In this document: positions 1 through 9,106 of the stretch, one piece after another
Position numbering within the stretch: position 1 is the first letter of the stretch
Layout: every line of letters starts with the position of its first letter
Origin: an uncultured bacterium
GTDB taxonomy: Bacteria > AUK180
Assembly: GCA_937863565.1 (NCBI GenBank)
Contig: CALMGJ010000018.1
Span: 1-38,043, forward strand
Reading direction: 5' to 3'
Length of the DNA stretch: 38,043 nucleotides
Made by a program: the position numbers and the translations under genes
The notes under the pieces: model-generated
Database searches by the model: none
What the model was told of the DNA's origin: nothing
The model's input: only the letters and a program-made list of their open reading frames with translations

Positions 1-35
1 TGCGGCTTTGTTCTTTCAAATTTCTCTTTAGCCAT
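1..35 (-). CDS. tuf: Elongation factor Tu, 5' end only (runs off the window)
   Basis: Reverse complement reads ATG GCT AAA GAG AAA TTT GAA AGA ACA AAG CCG = MAKEKFERTKP, the EF-Tu N-terminus; GGAGG SD at 41-45; directly downstream of fusA. Not in the ORF track. Confidence 0.95.
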   Translation of the reverse strand, partial: MAKEKFERTKP

Positions 36-53
36 ATATGCCTCCAAATATTA

Positions 54-2120
54 TTAAAAATAACTGAGCAGCCTGCTCTGTTCCTCTTCCGAAACGGGTT
101 TGAACTCCTTGAACTCGATGTTTATATAACCCCTGCCCTGGGTTATCGACCTGAGTTCCGTCGTGTACTTGAACATCCTCGCAAGAGGTACCGTGCCCCG
201 CATGATCTTCATCTTTCCTCTGATCTCGATGTCCGCGATCAGCGCCCCTTTCGCATTGAGGCTCTGAAAAGCATCCCCGAAATACTCTTCGGGAGTGTAG
301 AGGTCGAATTTCATGTAAGGCTCGAGTATCACCGGCGAAGCCGAGTGTACCGCCTTCGTAAAAGCATTTGAAAGAGCTATCTTAAAAAGCATCAAATTAT
401 AATTATCGTTCTGCGCTATCAGCTCCCTGATCCGTAATTTAACCCCGAGGAGCGGATAACCTTTCAATACGCCGACGGACATGAGCGCATTAGCCGTTTC
501 CTTGATCTCGGAAACGAAATTCCTCGGCAGACGGTCCATGTGGCCTTTCATCTTCAGTTCCACTTCGTTCGCGTCGAGGTTGCCGAGCGGTTCAATATCT
601 ATAATGACCGACGCGGTTCCCATGTCGTTCTGGAAAACGCCGTCAATATTCTCGCTTCTCGATGAGATGGACTCCCTGTAGGTGACCCTCGGCTCGCCGC
701 TTTTCAGCTCTATCCCCGATTCCCTTTTGATCCTGTCCAGGATGATCTCCAGGTGCAGTTCCCCCATTCCGTTGATAATGAGCTGGCCCGTTTCCTTGCT
801 CTCGTTGAAATTGAACGATGGGTCCTCCGTAGAGAAATCATCGAGCACATGCAGGAGTTTCTCGTAGTCCTTGTTCGATTTGGGTTCAACTGCGAGAGAG
901 ATCACCGGTTTGGGAAGGTCGATCTTCTCGAGAACGATCCGTGACTCAAGGGAAGAGAGCGTGTCTCCGGTCCTCGTGAATTTAAGTCCGGCAACCCCTA
1001 CGAAGTTCCCCGCCTGCGCCGAATCTATTTCCGTTTTGGAATCGGCGTGCATCAGGAAGATTTTCATGATCCTTTCCTTCTTGTCCGAAACGTCATTGTA
1101 GATCGTCTGTCCGCGTTTCAAAGAGCCCGTATAGATCCTTATGAACGTTAATTTGTCCAAAAAAGGATCTCTAGTAATTTTAAAAACGTATCCCAAAAAC
1201 TCCCTGTGCGTATTGGGGTTTATCAGGACCTTTGCATTTTCCCTAGGATCCATTCCCGTTATTGCGGAGATATCCTTCGGGGACGGCAGGAAGTCGCATA
1301 TCCCGTCAAGCAGGGGCTGAACACCGACGTTTTTCAGTGAAGCGCCCGCGAATACAGGTACGAGTTCCCGCGAAAGAACCAGCTTCCGTAAAGTGACTTT
1401 GAATTTGTCATAGGGTATTTCCTTACCCTCGAGGTACAGAGCCAGAAGCTCTTCGTCGTGTTCGCACACAGCTTCAAGAAGAGCCTTTTTCCCGGATGCG
1501 GCCTCGGCGGCTTCAGACGGGGGGATATCGAGGGTGTCGAAATCCGTTGATTCCCCTTCTTTCCATAAAAGAAGCCTTTCAAAGAAAAGATCAATAACGC
1601 CGCGCAGCATATCGTCCTTATAGTACGGTATGTTGATCGCGACGGGCTTAACGCCGAATTTACGTTTTATGTCCTCCAGGACGAAATTGAAGTCGGCGCC
1701 TGCGCGGTCAAGTTTGTTCGCAAAGCATATCCTCGGAACATGGAACTTTTCCGCCTGGTGCCAAACGGTCTCGCTCTGGGGTTGCACGCCGGCCACGCCG
1801 TCGAATATCACGATAAGGCCGTCAAGGACCTTGATGGCCTTTTCCACCTCAAGCGTGAAATCGACATGGCCCGGTGTGTCGATGATGTTGATCTGGCAGT
1901 CGCGCCATCTTGTTGTCGTTACAGCAGACTGGATGGTTATTCCTCTTTCGCGTTCCTGAACGAGGAAATCCATCTGGGTAGTGCCGGCATCGACCTCGCC
2001 GATCTTGTACGTTTTGCCTGTAATGAAAAGAACTCTTTCTGTGGTGGTCGTCTTACCCGCGTCGATATGCGCAATAAACCCGATATTGCGTATACTCGCC
2101 GCCGCAGGATCGTCCGCCAT
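54..2120 (-). CDS. fusA: Elongation factor G (divergent, EF-G2-like domain IV)
   Basis: AHIDAGKTTTTER, RGITI, DTPGHVDF, NKLD and GMGELHLEI motifs; 688 aa; str operon position. Confidence 0.95.
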   Translation of the reverse strand: MADDPAAASIRNIGFIAHIDAGKTTTTERVLFITGKTYKIGEVDAGTTQMDFLVQERERGITIQSAVTTTRWRDCQINIIDTPGHVDFTLEVEKAIKVLDGLIVIFDGVAGVQPQSETVWHQAEKFHVPRICFANKLDRAGADFNFVLEDIKRKFGVKPVAINIPYYKDDMLRGVIDLFFERLLLWKEGESTDFDTLDIPPSEAAEAASGKKALLEAVCEHDEELLALYLEGKEIPYDKFKVTLRKLVLSRELVPVFAGASLKNVGVQPLLDGICDFLPSPKDISAITGMDPRENAKVLINPNTHREFLGYVFKITRDPFLDKLTFIRIYTGSLKRGQTIYNDVSDKKERIMKIFLMHADSKTEIDSAQAGNFVGVAGLKFTRTGDTLSSLESRIVLEKIDLPKPVISLAVEPKSNKDYEKLLHVLDDFSTEDPSFNFNESKETGQLIINGMGELHLEIILDRIKRESGIELKSGEPRVTYRESISSRSENIDGVFQNDMGTASVIIDIEPLGNLDANEVELKMKGHMDRLPRNFVSEIKETANALMSVGVLKGYPLLGVKLRIRELIAQNDNYNLMLFKIALSNAFTKAVHSASPVILEPYMKFDLYTPEEYFGDAFQSLNAKGALIADIEIRGKMKIMRGTVPLARMFKYTTELRSITQGRGYINIEFKEFKPVSEEEQSRLLSYF

Positions 2121-2131
2121 CTGTTAACATA

Positions 2132-2605
2132 TTACCAGTTGTAATGAGCAAAGGCCTTGTTCGCTTCGGCCATTTTATGCGTATCTTCCTTTTTCTTTAT
2201 CGTTGCGCCTTTATCTTCAAGTATGTCCAGCATCTCACCGCTGAGCTTATCAGCCATTGAATGAGCGCCTCTTTTCTTTGCGTATCCTATCATCCATCTA
2301 AGGGCCAGTGTTTCGCTTCTCGCCTTGTCTATCTCTATCGGTATCTGATAGTTCGCGCCGCCGATCCTTCTGGATTTGACCTCGACGAGAGGCCTTGCTT
2401 TTTCTATGACCTTCTCGAGGACTTCGAGTGCGCCTTTCTGGGTTTTCTTTTCCAGCGTTGCCATCGCATCGTAAACGATCTTCATGGCTGCGCTTTTCTT
2501 CCCTTCGCGCATTATCATGTTAATGACCCGTGAAACCAGCATAGAATTGTATTTGCAGTCCGGTTTCATTCCGAATTTGTTCTTCTTAATACTCTTTCTT
2601 GTCAT
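2132..2605 (-). CDS. rpsG: 30S ribosomal protein S7
   Basis: VKSRRIGGANYQIP and KKKEDTHKMAEANKAFAHY motifs. Confidence 0.98.
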   Translation of the reverse strand: MTRKSIKKNKFGMKPDCKYNSMLVSRVINMIMREGKKSAAMKIVYDAMATLEKKTQKGALEVLEKVIEKARPLVEVKSRRIGGANYQIPIEIDKARSETLALRWMIGYAKKRGAHSMADKLSGEMLDILEDKGATIKKKEDTHKMAEANKAFAHYNW

Positions 2606-2614
2606 AACTTCCGC

Positions 2615-2989
2615 CTATTTCTTGGGCGCCTTCGCGCCGTAGCGTGAACGGCTCTTTTTCCTGTCCTTCACGCCGGTGGAATCGTATTTTCCGCGCACGA
2701 TATGGTATCTCACGCCGGGCAGGTCTTTCACTCTTCCGCCCCTGATGAGAACGACATGGTGTTCCTGGAGCTCATGTCCCACGCCGGGAATATACGCGGT
2801 CACTTCTATTCCGTTGGTAAGTCTTACTCTTGCGACTTTCCTTAATGCGGAGTTAGGTTTTTTCGGCGTCCTCGTGGACACCCTCAGGCAGAAGCCTCGC
2901 CTCTGCGGCGAGTTCTGCAGAGCCGGGGATTTCGATTTCTTCCCGAGCTGCCTTCTGCCTTTTCTCAAAAGCTGATTGATCGTCGGCAT
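2615..2989 (-). CDS. rpsL: 30S ribosomal protein S12
   Basis: MPTINQL start (ATG at 2989 with AGGAG upstream), [22 protein letters not shown]. Confidence 0.98.
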   Translation of the reverse strand: MPTINQLLRKGRRQLGKKSKSPALQNSPQRRGFCLRVSTRTPKKPNSALRKVARVRLTNGIEVTAYIPGVGHELQEHHVVLIRGGRVKDLPGVRYHIVRGKYDSTGVKDRKKSRSRYGAKAPKK

Positions 2990-3051
2990 CTTCAATTCTC
3001 CTAATCTTTAAATACCGTAAACTTTAAGGCTGTTAAAGTTATTAAATTTTT

Positions 3052-3079
3052 ATTATAGCACTTATTTTTTTTAAGTCAA
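3052..3079 (-). promoter_or_regulatory. Sigma70-type promoter of the str operon
   Basis: TTGACT (3074-3079), 16 bp spacer, extended TGcTATAAT (-10 at 3052-3057), ~60 nt upstream of rpsL. Confidence 0.8.
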
Positions 3080-3231
3080 GAATTTTTTATTTATTTTTAC
3101 CACTCCCTCCTTCCAGGGAGGCGGGAGGCCGAAAAAATCTTTCCAGCCGGCAGACGGAGTTAATAACGGAATCTTATTCCTGCCTTTAAAGATTATCCGA
3201 AGTGGCCGGGAAAACCGTTTATTATGGCGGA

Positions 3232-3876
3232 TCACTCCAGATCTATGCCTTCAAGGAGAAATTTATAGGTTATTTCAATATCTATATCCCCCATCGGGAT
3301 ATCGCCTTGCAAGGCCGGTGTGAATATACATGTTTTCGCCGCGTTCAGGGCGCACTGATCCAGGACGGGAGCGCCTGAGGAATTCGATATCCGTACTTTC
3401 ACAGGATTTCCTTTACTGTCCAATGTGCAGATTATCTTAACTTCTCCTTCTAAGCCCATTAGCCGCGCAGTTTCCGGGTATTCGGGGATGTATTTTTTAA
3501 CAATCATTGGAGGAATAATAGCCCCGGGAGAAGGTCTTGATGAGATCTCGTCCTGGGAAACGGAGTTCTCGGGAAGTGCAGGGAGTTCCGTTTCAAAGCG
3601 GGGATCAGGCACGGCAATCGGTACAGAGCGGTCTTTCGGTTTGTATTCCCCTATCGGTTCGATCTTTTCTATCGGTTTATTCTTCGGCGGAAATTTAATA
3701 ACCGGAGGATTCACGGGGGGTTTTATAGGACCCGGAGTGAGCACCTTGACTGGATTGAATCTGATGAAAATGAACAGCAGGATATGGACCAGCACGGCAA
3801 AGAAAACCGCGGCAACGGAGATCCTTTTCGCTTCATCTGCGCCGCGGTCATTGAATAATCCGAACAAGTTGCGCAT
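3232..3876 (-). CDS. tonB: TonB family energy transducer, paralog 2
   Basis: TM anchor with His (VLVHILLF), Pro-rich linker, YPETAR..G.EGEV and SSG..VLDQCAL C-terminal domain; ATG at 3876 follows AGGAGG. Confidence 0.88.
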   Translation of the reverse strand: MRNLFGLFNDRGADEAKRISVAAVFFAVLVHILLFIFIRFNPVKVLTPGPIKPPVNPPVIKFPPKNKPIEKIEPIGEYKPKDRSVPIAVPDPRFETELPALPENSVSQDEISSRPSPGAIIPPMIVKKYIPEYPETARLMGLEGEVKIICTLDSKGNPVKVRISNSSGAPVLDQCALNAAKTCIFTPALQGDIPMGDIDIEITYKFLLEGIDLE

Positions 3877-3998
3877 ATGACCTCCTATTAGCGGAAAATA
3901 ACATGCATATTTCATACCCGAGAATTAACTGCTGAGATAATGGATTTTTTTAGGATGCTATTTTACAGATTTCTGTATTTTTTTTTAAAAACCGGGGG

Positions 3999-4442
3999 TT
4001 ATTTCAGCGATTCAATGAGTTTTTGCGGGTTTTCTTTGAGAAGCCTGTTGAAATTACCCTTATTTTTGGCGTAACTCACGACACTTGCAAGAAGATTGAT
4101 GTAATCCTTCTGTCTTCCGACCGGCCGGGCGATCATTATTATAATGTGAACGGGTTTGTCATCTATCGACTCGAACAGGATACCTTCCCTGATCCGGCCG
4201 ATCCCGACAAGAAAATCATCCGTTTCTTCCGTTTGTGCGTGAGGTACTGCTATTCCGAGCCCTATTCCTGTCGAAAGCTGTTTTTCTCTGTCCGTGATAT
4301 CCTTAACGAACGCTTCCCGGGATCCGAAACCCGCGGCATCTGCAATACTGCCCGCCATTTCTTTGAGGATATTAAGCTTCTCCCCGGCCTTCAGATCGAA
4401 GATCAGATCTTCCCTTATGTATTTTTTAATATTCATTTCCAT
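3999..4442 (-). CDS. Stand-alone PTS EIIA domain protein (fructose/mannitol/Ntr family)
   Basis: REKQLSTGIGLGIAVPHA phospho-His motif and FESIDDKPVHII; no EIIB/EIIC nearby. Confidence 0.88.
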   Translation of the reverse strand: MEMNIKKYIREDLIFDLKAGEKLNILKEMAGSIADAAGFGSREAFVKDITDREKQLSTGIGLGIAVPHAQTEETDDFLVGIGRIREGILFESIDDKPVHIIIMIARPVGRQKDYINLLASVVSYAKNKGNFNRLLKENPQKLIESLK

Positions 4443-4494
4443 AGTTTTTCCATATTTTCAGATTTGCATTGAATTCGGTCTTTTATCCCCGAAA

Positions 4495-5151
4495 TTACCG
4501 TTCTTCGATCGTTACGCCCTGCAGGAGGAATTTATAGGTGATCTCCACGTCTATATCCCCGACGGCGAGATTGCCTTGCATGGCCGGAGTAAAGATACAC
4601 ATTTTCGCGGCGTTCATTGCGGCTTTATCCAGAATGTCTGCGCCGGAAGATTTAGAAAGGGATACGCGCATTACGCGGCCTTCCTTATCCAGCGTACACA
4701 CCACCTTCACTTCTCCTTCAGTGCCCATCACGCGCGCAGTTTCGGGATATTCCGGTATATTCTTCTTAATGAGCATCGGGGCAAGGATAACTCCCACGTC
4801 GATCTTCTGCGGGGTTTCGTCCTCGATGAGCATCTCCGGTATCTCGGGAAGTTCAACTTCCGTTCTGGGGTTCGGGACAGCTATCGGAATAGGGCGGTTG
4901 CGCGGCTTATACACGTTCGTTGTCGTTACCTTCATCTTTTCCTGTTTTTTAGGAAGTTTTATCTGTATAGGTTTATAGACCTGCCTTTTTCCGGGAACAT
5001 ATATCTTCGGCTTTCTTCTGACTTCCCTGATGCCGACAAAGATGATCAGATGAACGATAAGTGCAAGAATGATGGCCGTTGTTGTCGTTTTCCTTTCGAA
5101 CTTTGTCTCTTCGGCAAGCTGTTTTTTCAAAAGTTCAAGCATCATGGCCAT
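4495..5151 (-). CDS. tonB: TonB family energy transducer, paralog 1
   Basis: TM with His (LIVHLIIF); PEYPETARVMGTEGEVKV and SSGADILDKAA; follows the exbD genes. Confidence 0.88.
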   Translation of the reverse strand: MAMMLELLKKQLAEETKFERKTTTTAIILALIVHLIIFVGIREVRRKPKIYVPGKRQVYKPIQIKLPKKQEKMKVTTTNVYKPRNRPIPIAVPNPRTEVELPEIPEMLIEDETPQKIDVGVILAPMLIKKNIPEYPETARVMGTEGEVKVVCTLDKEGRVMRVSLSKSSGADILDKAAMNAAKMCIFTPAMQGNLAVGDIDVEITYKFLLQGVTIEER

Positions 5152-5156
5152 TTCTC

Positions 5157-5600
5157 CTATTCGCCTGTCGGCAGCTGGAATTCCTTGTTGAAATCCTGCA
5201 GCGATTCATCTATCGACTGGAACGCGAAGTTCTCGACCTGGCCCTGGATCACCTGGTCTATGACATCGACCAGAGCGCCGTATCTTGTCGCCGGTTCAAG
5301 TTTTATGACAACGAAGATATCCGGGTTGATGAGCTTTTTTGCCGCCACGCTCGTCTTAATATCGTCAATGCTCCTTGATTCTCCGTCAATCGTGATCGCG
5401 CCGTTAGCATATACTCCGATCTCAAGGTTCTTCTGTTCGAGCTCAACCTCTTTCGTGGAATCGGGAAGCTGGTATTTCAAACCTGCATCCTGCGAAAAGA
5501 CCGTTGTCAGCATGAAGAATATTATAAGAAGAAAAGCTATGTCCGACATCGATGCTGCCGGGATCTCGCTGCTCGCTTTCGCCTTTTTCTTGATCTTCAT
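5157..5600 (-). CDS. exbD: ExbD/TolR family protein
   Basis: SMSDIAFLLIIFFML TM segment with the conserved Asp. Confidence 0.9.
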   Translation of the reverse strand: MKIKKKAKASSEIPAASMSDIAFLLIIFFMLTTVFSQDAGLKYQLPDSTKEVELEQKNLEIGVYANGAITIDGESRSIDDIKTSVAAKKLINPDIFVVIKLEPATRYGALVDVIDQVIQGQVENFAFQSIDESLQDFNKEFQLPTGE

Positions 5601-5602
5601 GA

Positions 5603-6019
5603 TTATTTCTTCCTGTGTTCGACAACGAGGGCAACTCTGTTGATGAAGCCCTCCTGGATCTTGTCGAGCACTTCTTTAAGCTGGACATAGGGTACGTTCT
5701 CATCCGCCTTCAATACTACGGACATGTCTTTCTGCCCGAAAGTCTTTGAAGTGATGTACCCGGCCAGCGAATCCAAAGGAACCTCTTTACCTTCCAGATA
5801 CAGGATCTGCCCGTCATATCCGGCGGGTATGGCGATGGAGAGCACGCTTTTCTCCGCGATCGGAGGCGGCTGTGTCGCCTTCGGAAGTTCAAGATTGATC
5901 CCTATTTCTTTATTGAAAACGGTCGTTACCATGAAAAAGATGATAAGAAGAAATGCGATGTCGGACATCGAAGCCGCGGGGATCTCCGTGGACGGCTTAT
6001 TTTTCTTCATTATCTTCAT
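5603..6019 (-). CDS. exbD: ExbD/TolR family protein
   Basis: SMSDIAFLLIIFFMVTT and LKADENVPY motifs. Confidence 0.92.
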   Translation of the reverse strand: MKIMKKNKPSTEIPAASMSDIAFLLIIFFMVTTVFNKEIGINLELPKATQPPPIAEKSVLSIAIPAGYDGQILYLEGKEVPLDSLAGYITSKTFGQKDMSVVLKADENVPYVQLKEVLDKIQEGFINRVALVVEHRKK

Positions 6020-6682
6020 TTATTTTTTCAGCTCCGTTTCTTCCAGAACTTCAAGCACAATGCTCGATGCCTGCTGCATATCCTGAGTGAACCTGTCTAT
6101 CCATCCGGTGAAGAAGTTGTACATGATGAGCGCGGGCGCAGCTATAATCAGGCCCGTCGCAGTCGTGATCAGGGCTTCCGAAATACCGGCGGCAACAACA
6201 GTGGGGTCGCCCAGGCCGAGCGCAGCCATCTTGCCGAAAGCTCCGATCATACCGGTAACCGTTCCGAGGAATCCGAAAATGGGGGCAAGTGAAACTACCG
6301 TAGCAAGCCATACGAGGCCTTTCTCAAGAGAGGATATCTCTGTGGACGCGGCCGCTTCGATCGTTTTTTCGATCATTTCCCTTTTTTCGCTGCTTTTGAT
6401 CTTCAAAGCGGAAATGTTCTGAAGATCGCTGTATTTTGTCAGTCCTTCATGCAGGACCGCCGCAACGGGGCCCGTAGTCTTTTCGCAGAGGTCAAGCGCG
6501 GAATCCAGCTCGTTCTTCTCGAGAAGTTCGATAAGCATCCTGATATAATCCCTGGTATTGATCCTCTTTTTGAGGAAAGTGATCAGTCTTTCAAAAAAGA
6601 GAAAAAGCATGAGAAGCGATAAGATCAGCAGCGGATACATCATCGGTCCGCCCTTCTTAAAGTAGGTTACTAATATGCCCAC
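6020..6682 (-). CDS. exbB: ExbB/MotA/TolQ proton-channel protein
   Basis: APIFGFLGTVTGMI and AGISEALITTATGL motifs; GTG start with GAGGA SD. Confidence 0.92.
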   Translation of the reverse strand: MGILVTYFKKGGPMMYPLLILSLLMLFLFFERLITFLKKRINTRDYIRMLIELLEKNELDSALDLCEKTTGPVAAVLHEGLTKYSDLQNISALKIKSSEKREMIEKTIEAAASTEISSLEKGLVWLATVVSLAPIFGFLGTVTGMIGAFGKMAALGLGDPTVVAAGISEALITTATGLIIAAPALIMYNFFTGWIDRFTQDMQQASSIVLEVLEETELKK

Positions 6683-6705
6683 CTGTTCCTCCTATTTATA
6701 ATGAA

Positions 6706-9045
6706 TTAAAATGCGAGTTCTATACCGGCCTTCGCCCTTGTCGGGGTGCTGTAAAGCCTGGCCGTACCGTCAGCCCATACGGCTACGATATTGGCGGACC
6801 CGAAGAGGTTCATGATCTCCACATACAGTCTGTATTTGAGACCGAACCATTTGATCCCGGGCAGATATTTCCAGATCGTTATGTCCACTTTCTTGTAATC
6901 CGGGTATCTCGCGTCATTGGTGAGGCCTTTCTTGCTTCCCGCCACCGAGGTGTAAGGAAGACCGGAATGCCAGTAAGCGAGCATCGAGAAACCAAGGCTC
7001 TCATTGCTGTAGTTCCACTGAAGAATGACATTGTGCGTGATATCCCAATCAAGGGGATATTCCCTCGGGGGAAGAATGCCGATCGAGATAAAAGGATCGG
7101 ATGATGTGCCCTTGGCGTCAGAAAGCGTATAGGAAAGTCTCCAGTAATAATTATTGGAGAACTGCTTTGTGAACTGGACTTCCATTCCCTGAGAATATGA
7201 ATGGTCAACGTTCATAGGCATTAGTCTTTCATTGCCGGCAATTCTCGAATTTGCTGCTACGTACTTGATAAGGTCGCTCGTGTTCTTATAGTAAACCGCA
7301 ATATCGAGCTTAAGATCATCGGAAATAAGATATTCGATGCCGTATTCGAACTGGGTTGCGTTCTCCGCATCAAGATACTGGTTATTCTGCTGGTCGTTGA
7401 CGCTTGCCTGTTTCTGCTCGAGAACGTACATCGTCGCGGGAGGCTGATAGAAAATACCGTAATTGAATCTGAACTTGGTCCTGTCATTGATCGCGAATGA
7501 AACGAACATCCTCGGCGAGAACTGGGATTTGGCATACTGCCTTCTGTCATATCTCAGGCCGACGTTCATAACGAGGTCCTGATCCCAGTCCATATTGTCG
7601 AGAACATAGAAAGCCTGCTCATCCAGCGCTCTGTGATAGATATCCGTATAGTGTCCTTCGTCGGCCGGAAGCCAATGGAGTGCAGATTCCAGGTCATAGT
7701 AATTATATGAAAGTCCCGTTTTGATCTGGTGGATGAGATCGACCTGGTTCACCACGTCTATCTTGACCGTGTACTGCGTGGACGTTCTTTCCTGCCAGTT
7801 CGGATAATCCCTGTCATCGGGATCGTACGACCAATTATATTCGGTCCAGTCCTTTCCGCCTACATCGAGCCTGAGCCAGTTCTGGAACCTGTAAAGGAAG
7901 ACCTGATAGAATAGCTTCTGGGTAATGGCATGGTTCCATTCGAGGTTTATCTGATTGTTCATCTGATGCTGCGTAGGCTGATGCGCATCGTCCGAAGTGG
8001 CATATGAAGGGGTCGAGAGAAAATTGATATCCGCATACGCATACTGGAACCCGACTTTAAGCTTCATCTGAGGAGAGAGCCTCAGCGTGATCTTCGTGGC
8101 CGTTTCGGTGAAGCACTGCCACGGCCAGTCCGTCTCATAGTACTGAGCGGCATCGTTGTATAGAGGGTCCGACTGCCATTTCAGGTCGGATACAGACTGC
8201 GAGCCAGAGGTATAGAATGTCAAAAGCGGGAAGCCGGCTTTATTCTGTTTGAATATGGGGATAGGCCCGCCGAGCTGCCAGTCGAGATCGCTATCTCCCT
8301 GGTCCCAGTCCTTTAAGACAAGTTTGCTTGTGTAGTAGTCGAGAGAACCCTGAAAATACCTTTCTCCTTCTTTTGTGACGACATTGATGATACCGGAAAG
8401 TGCTCCGCCGTATTCCGCCGTCCAACCGCCCGTTTTGACCGTTATCTCTTTTATCGAGTTCTGATTGATATTACCGCCGAAGGTCCCCGTAACAGGGTCC
8501 TTGATCGTCATACCGTCGACCATGTAGTTGACTTCGTCATCGCGGCCACCGCGGATGTGGAGCTGCCCGCCTTCGCCGACAACGCCGGGAAGTGTCTGCA
8601 CCATTCTGAAGAAGTCCGGCACCGGAGCATCTTCGAGTTCGTCAACGGTGATCTCGTGAGAAGTGCCGCCTTCGGTCCTAACGATCTGTTTTTTCGTGGA
8701 AACGACTTTGATGACCCCGCCTTCAACTTTACCCTTTTCCATCTTGAAGTCTTCGGTGACGGTAACGTCGGAAGAGATGATGATGTTCTCTCTTTCAATG
8801 GTTTTGTATCCGGTCATTTCGACCCTCACCGTATAGAAGCCGATGGGTATACCGGCGAAGAAATAGGCGCCGACATCATCGGTACCGGTATCCTGGCCCA
8901 TTTCTATCAAGGTTACTTTGGCGTTCTTAAGCGGATTGCCGTCGGGGCCGGTGACCTTGCCTCTAAGGTTACCGGTATTGCCTGCATAGGCTATAACGGA
9001 AATGATCACAAAAAAAATCAATAAGGCTGAAGAGAACTTCTTCAT
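6706..9045 (-). CDS. TonB-dependent receptor with N-terminal carboxypeptidase-regulatory-like domain
   Basis: Signal peptide, G.LRGKV Ig-like domain, plug motifs HIRGGR..EV.YMVDG and AEYGGALSGIINVVTK, barrel motif GLRYD, C-terminal Phe (GIELAF). Confidence 0.92.
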   Translation of the reverse strand: MKKFSSALLIFFVIISVIAYAGNTGNLRGKVTGPDGNPLKNAKVTLIEMGQDTGTDDVGAYFFAGIPIGFYTVRVEMTGYKTIERENIIISSDVTVTEDFKMEKGKVEGGVIKVVSTKKQIVRTEGGTSHEITVDELEDAPVPDFFRMVQTLPGVVGEGGQLHIRGGRDDEVNYMVDGMTIKDPVTGTFGGNINQNSIKEITVKTGGWTAEYGGALSGIINVVTKEGERYFQGSLDYYTSKLVLKDWDQGDSDLDWQLGGPIPIFKQNKAGFPLLTFYTSGSQSVSDLKWQSDPLYNDAAQYYETDWPWQCFTETATKITLRLSPQMKLKVGFQYAYADINFLSTPSYATSDDAHQPTQHQMNNQINLEWNHAITQKLFYQVFLYRFQNWLRLDVGGKDWTEYNWSYDPDDRDYPNWQERTSTQYTVKIDVVNQVDLIHQIKTGLSYNYYDLESALHWLPADEGHYTDIYHRALDEQAFYVLDNMDWDQDLVMNVGLRYDRRQYAKSQFSPRMFVSFAINDRTKFRFNYGIFYQPPATMYVLEQKQASVNDQQNNQYLDAENATQFEYGIEYLISDDLKLDIAVYYKNTSDLIKYVAANSRIAGNERLMPMNVDHSYSQGMEVQFTKQFSNNYYWRLSYTLSDAKGTSSDPFISIGILPPREYPLDWDITHNVILQWNYSNESLGFSMLAYWHSGLPYTSVAGSKKGLTNDARYPDYKKVDITIWKYLPGIKWFGLKYRLYVEIMNLFGSANIVAVWADGTARLYSTPTRAKAGIELAF

Positions 9046-9065
9046 ACTACCTCCATATTTTTGAT

Positions 9066-9094
9066 ATTATATCAAATTTGAAAAATCAAGTCAA
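9066..9094 (-). promoter_or_regulatory. Sigma70-type promoter of the TonB receptor/exb operon
   Basis: TTGACT (9089-9094), 17 bp, TGaTATAAT (-10 at 9066-9071); GGAGG SD at 9050-9054. Confidence 0.8.
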
Positions 9095-9106
9095 TATAAA
9101 ATGGTA

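Noticed and set aside
4294..5643. 449-aa plus-strand ORF
   Set aside because: Antisense shadow of EIIA, tonB and exbD; no motifs or RBS.
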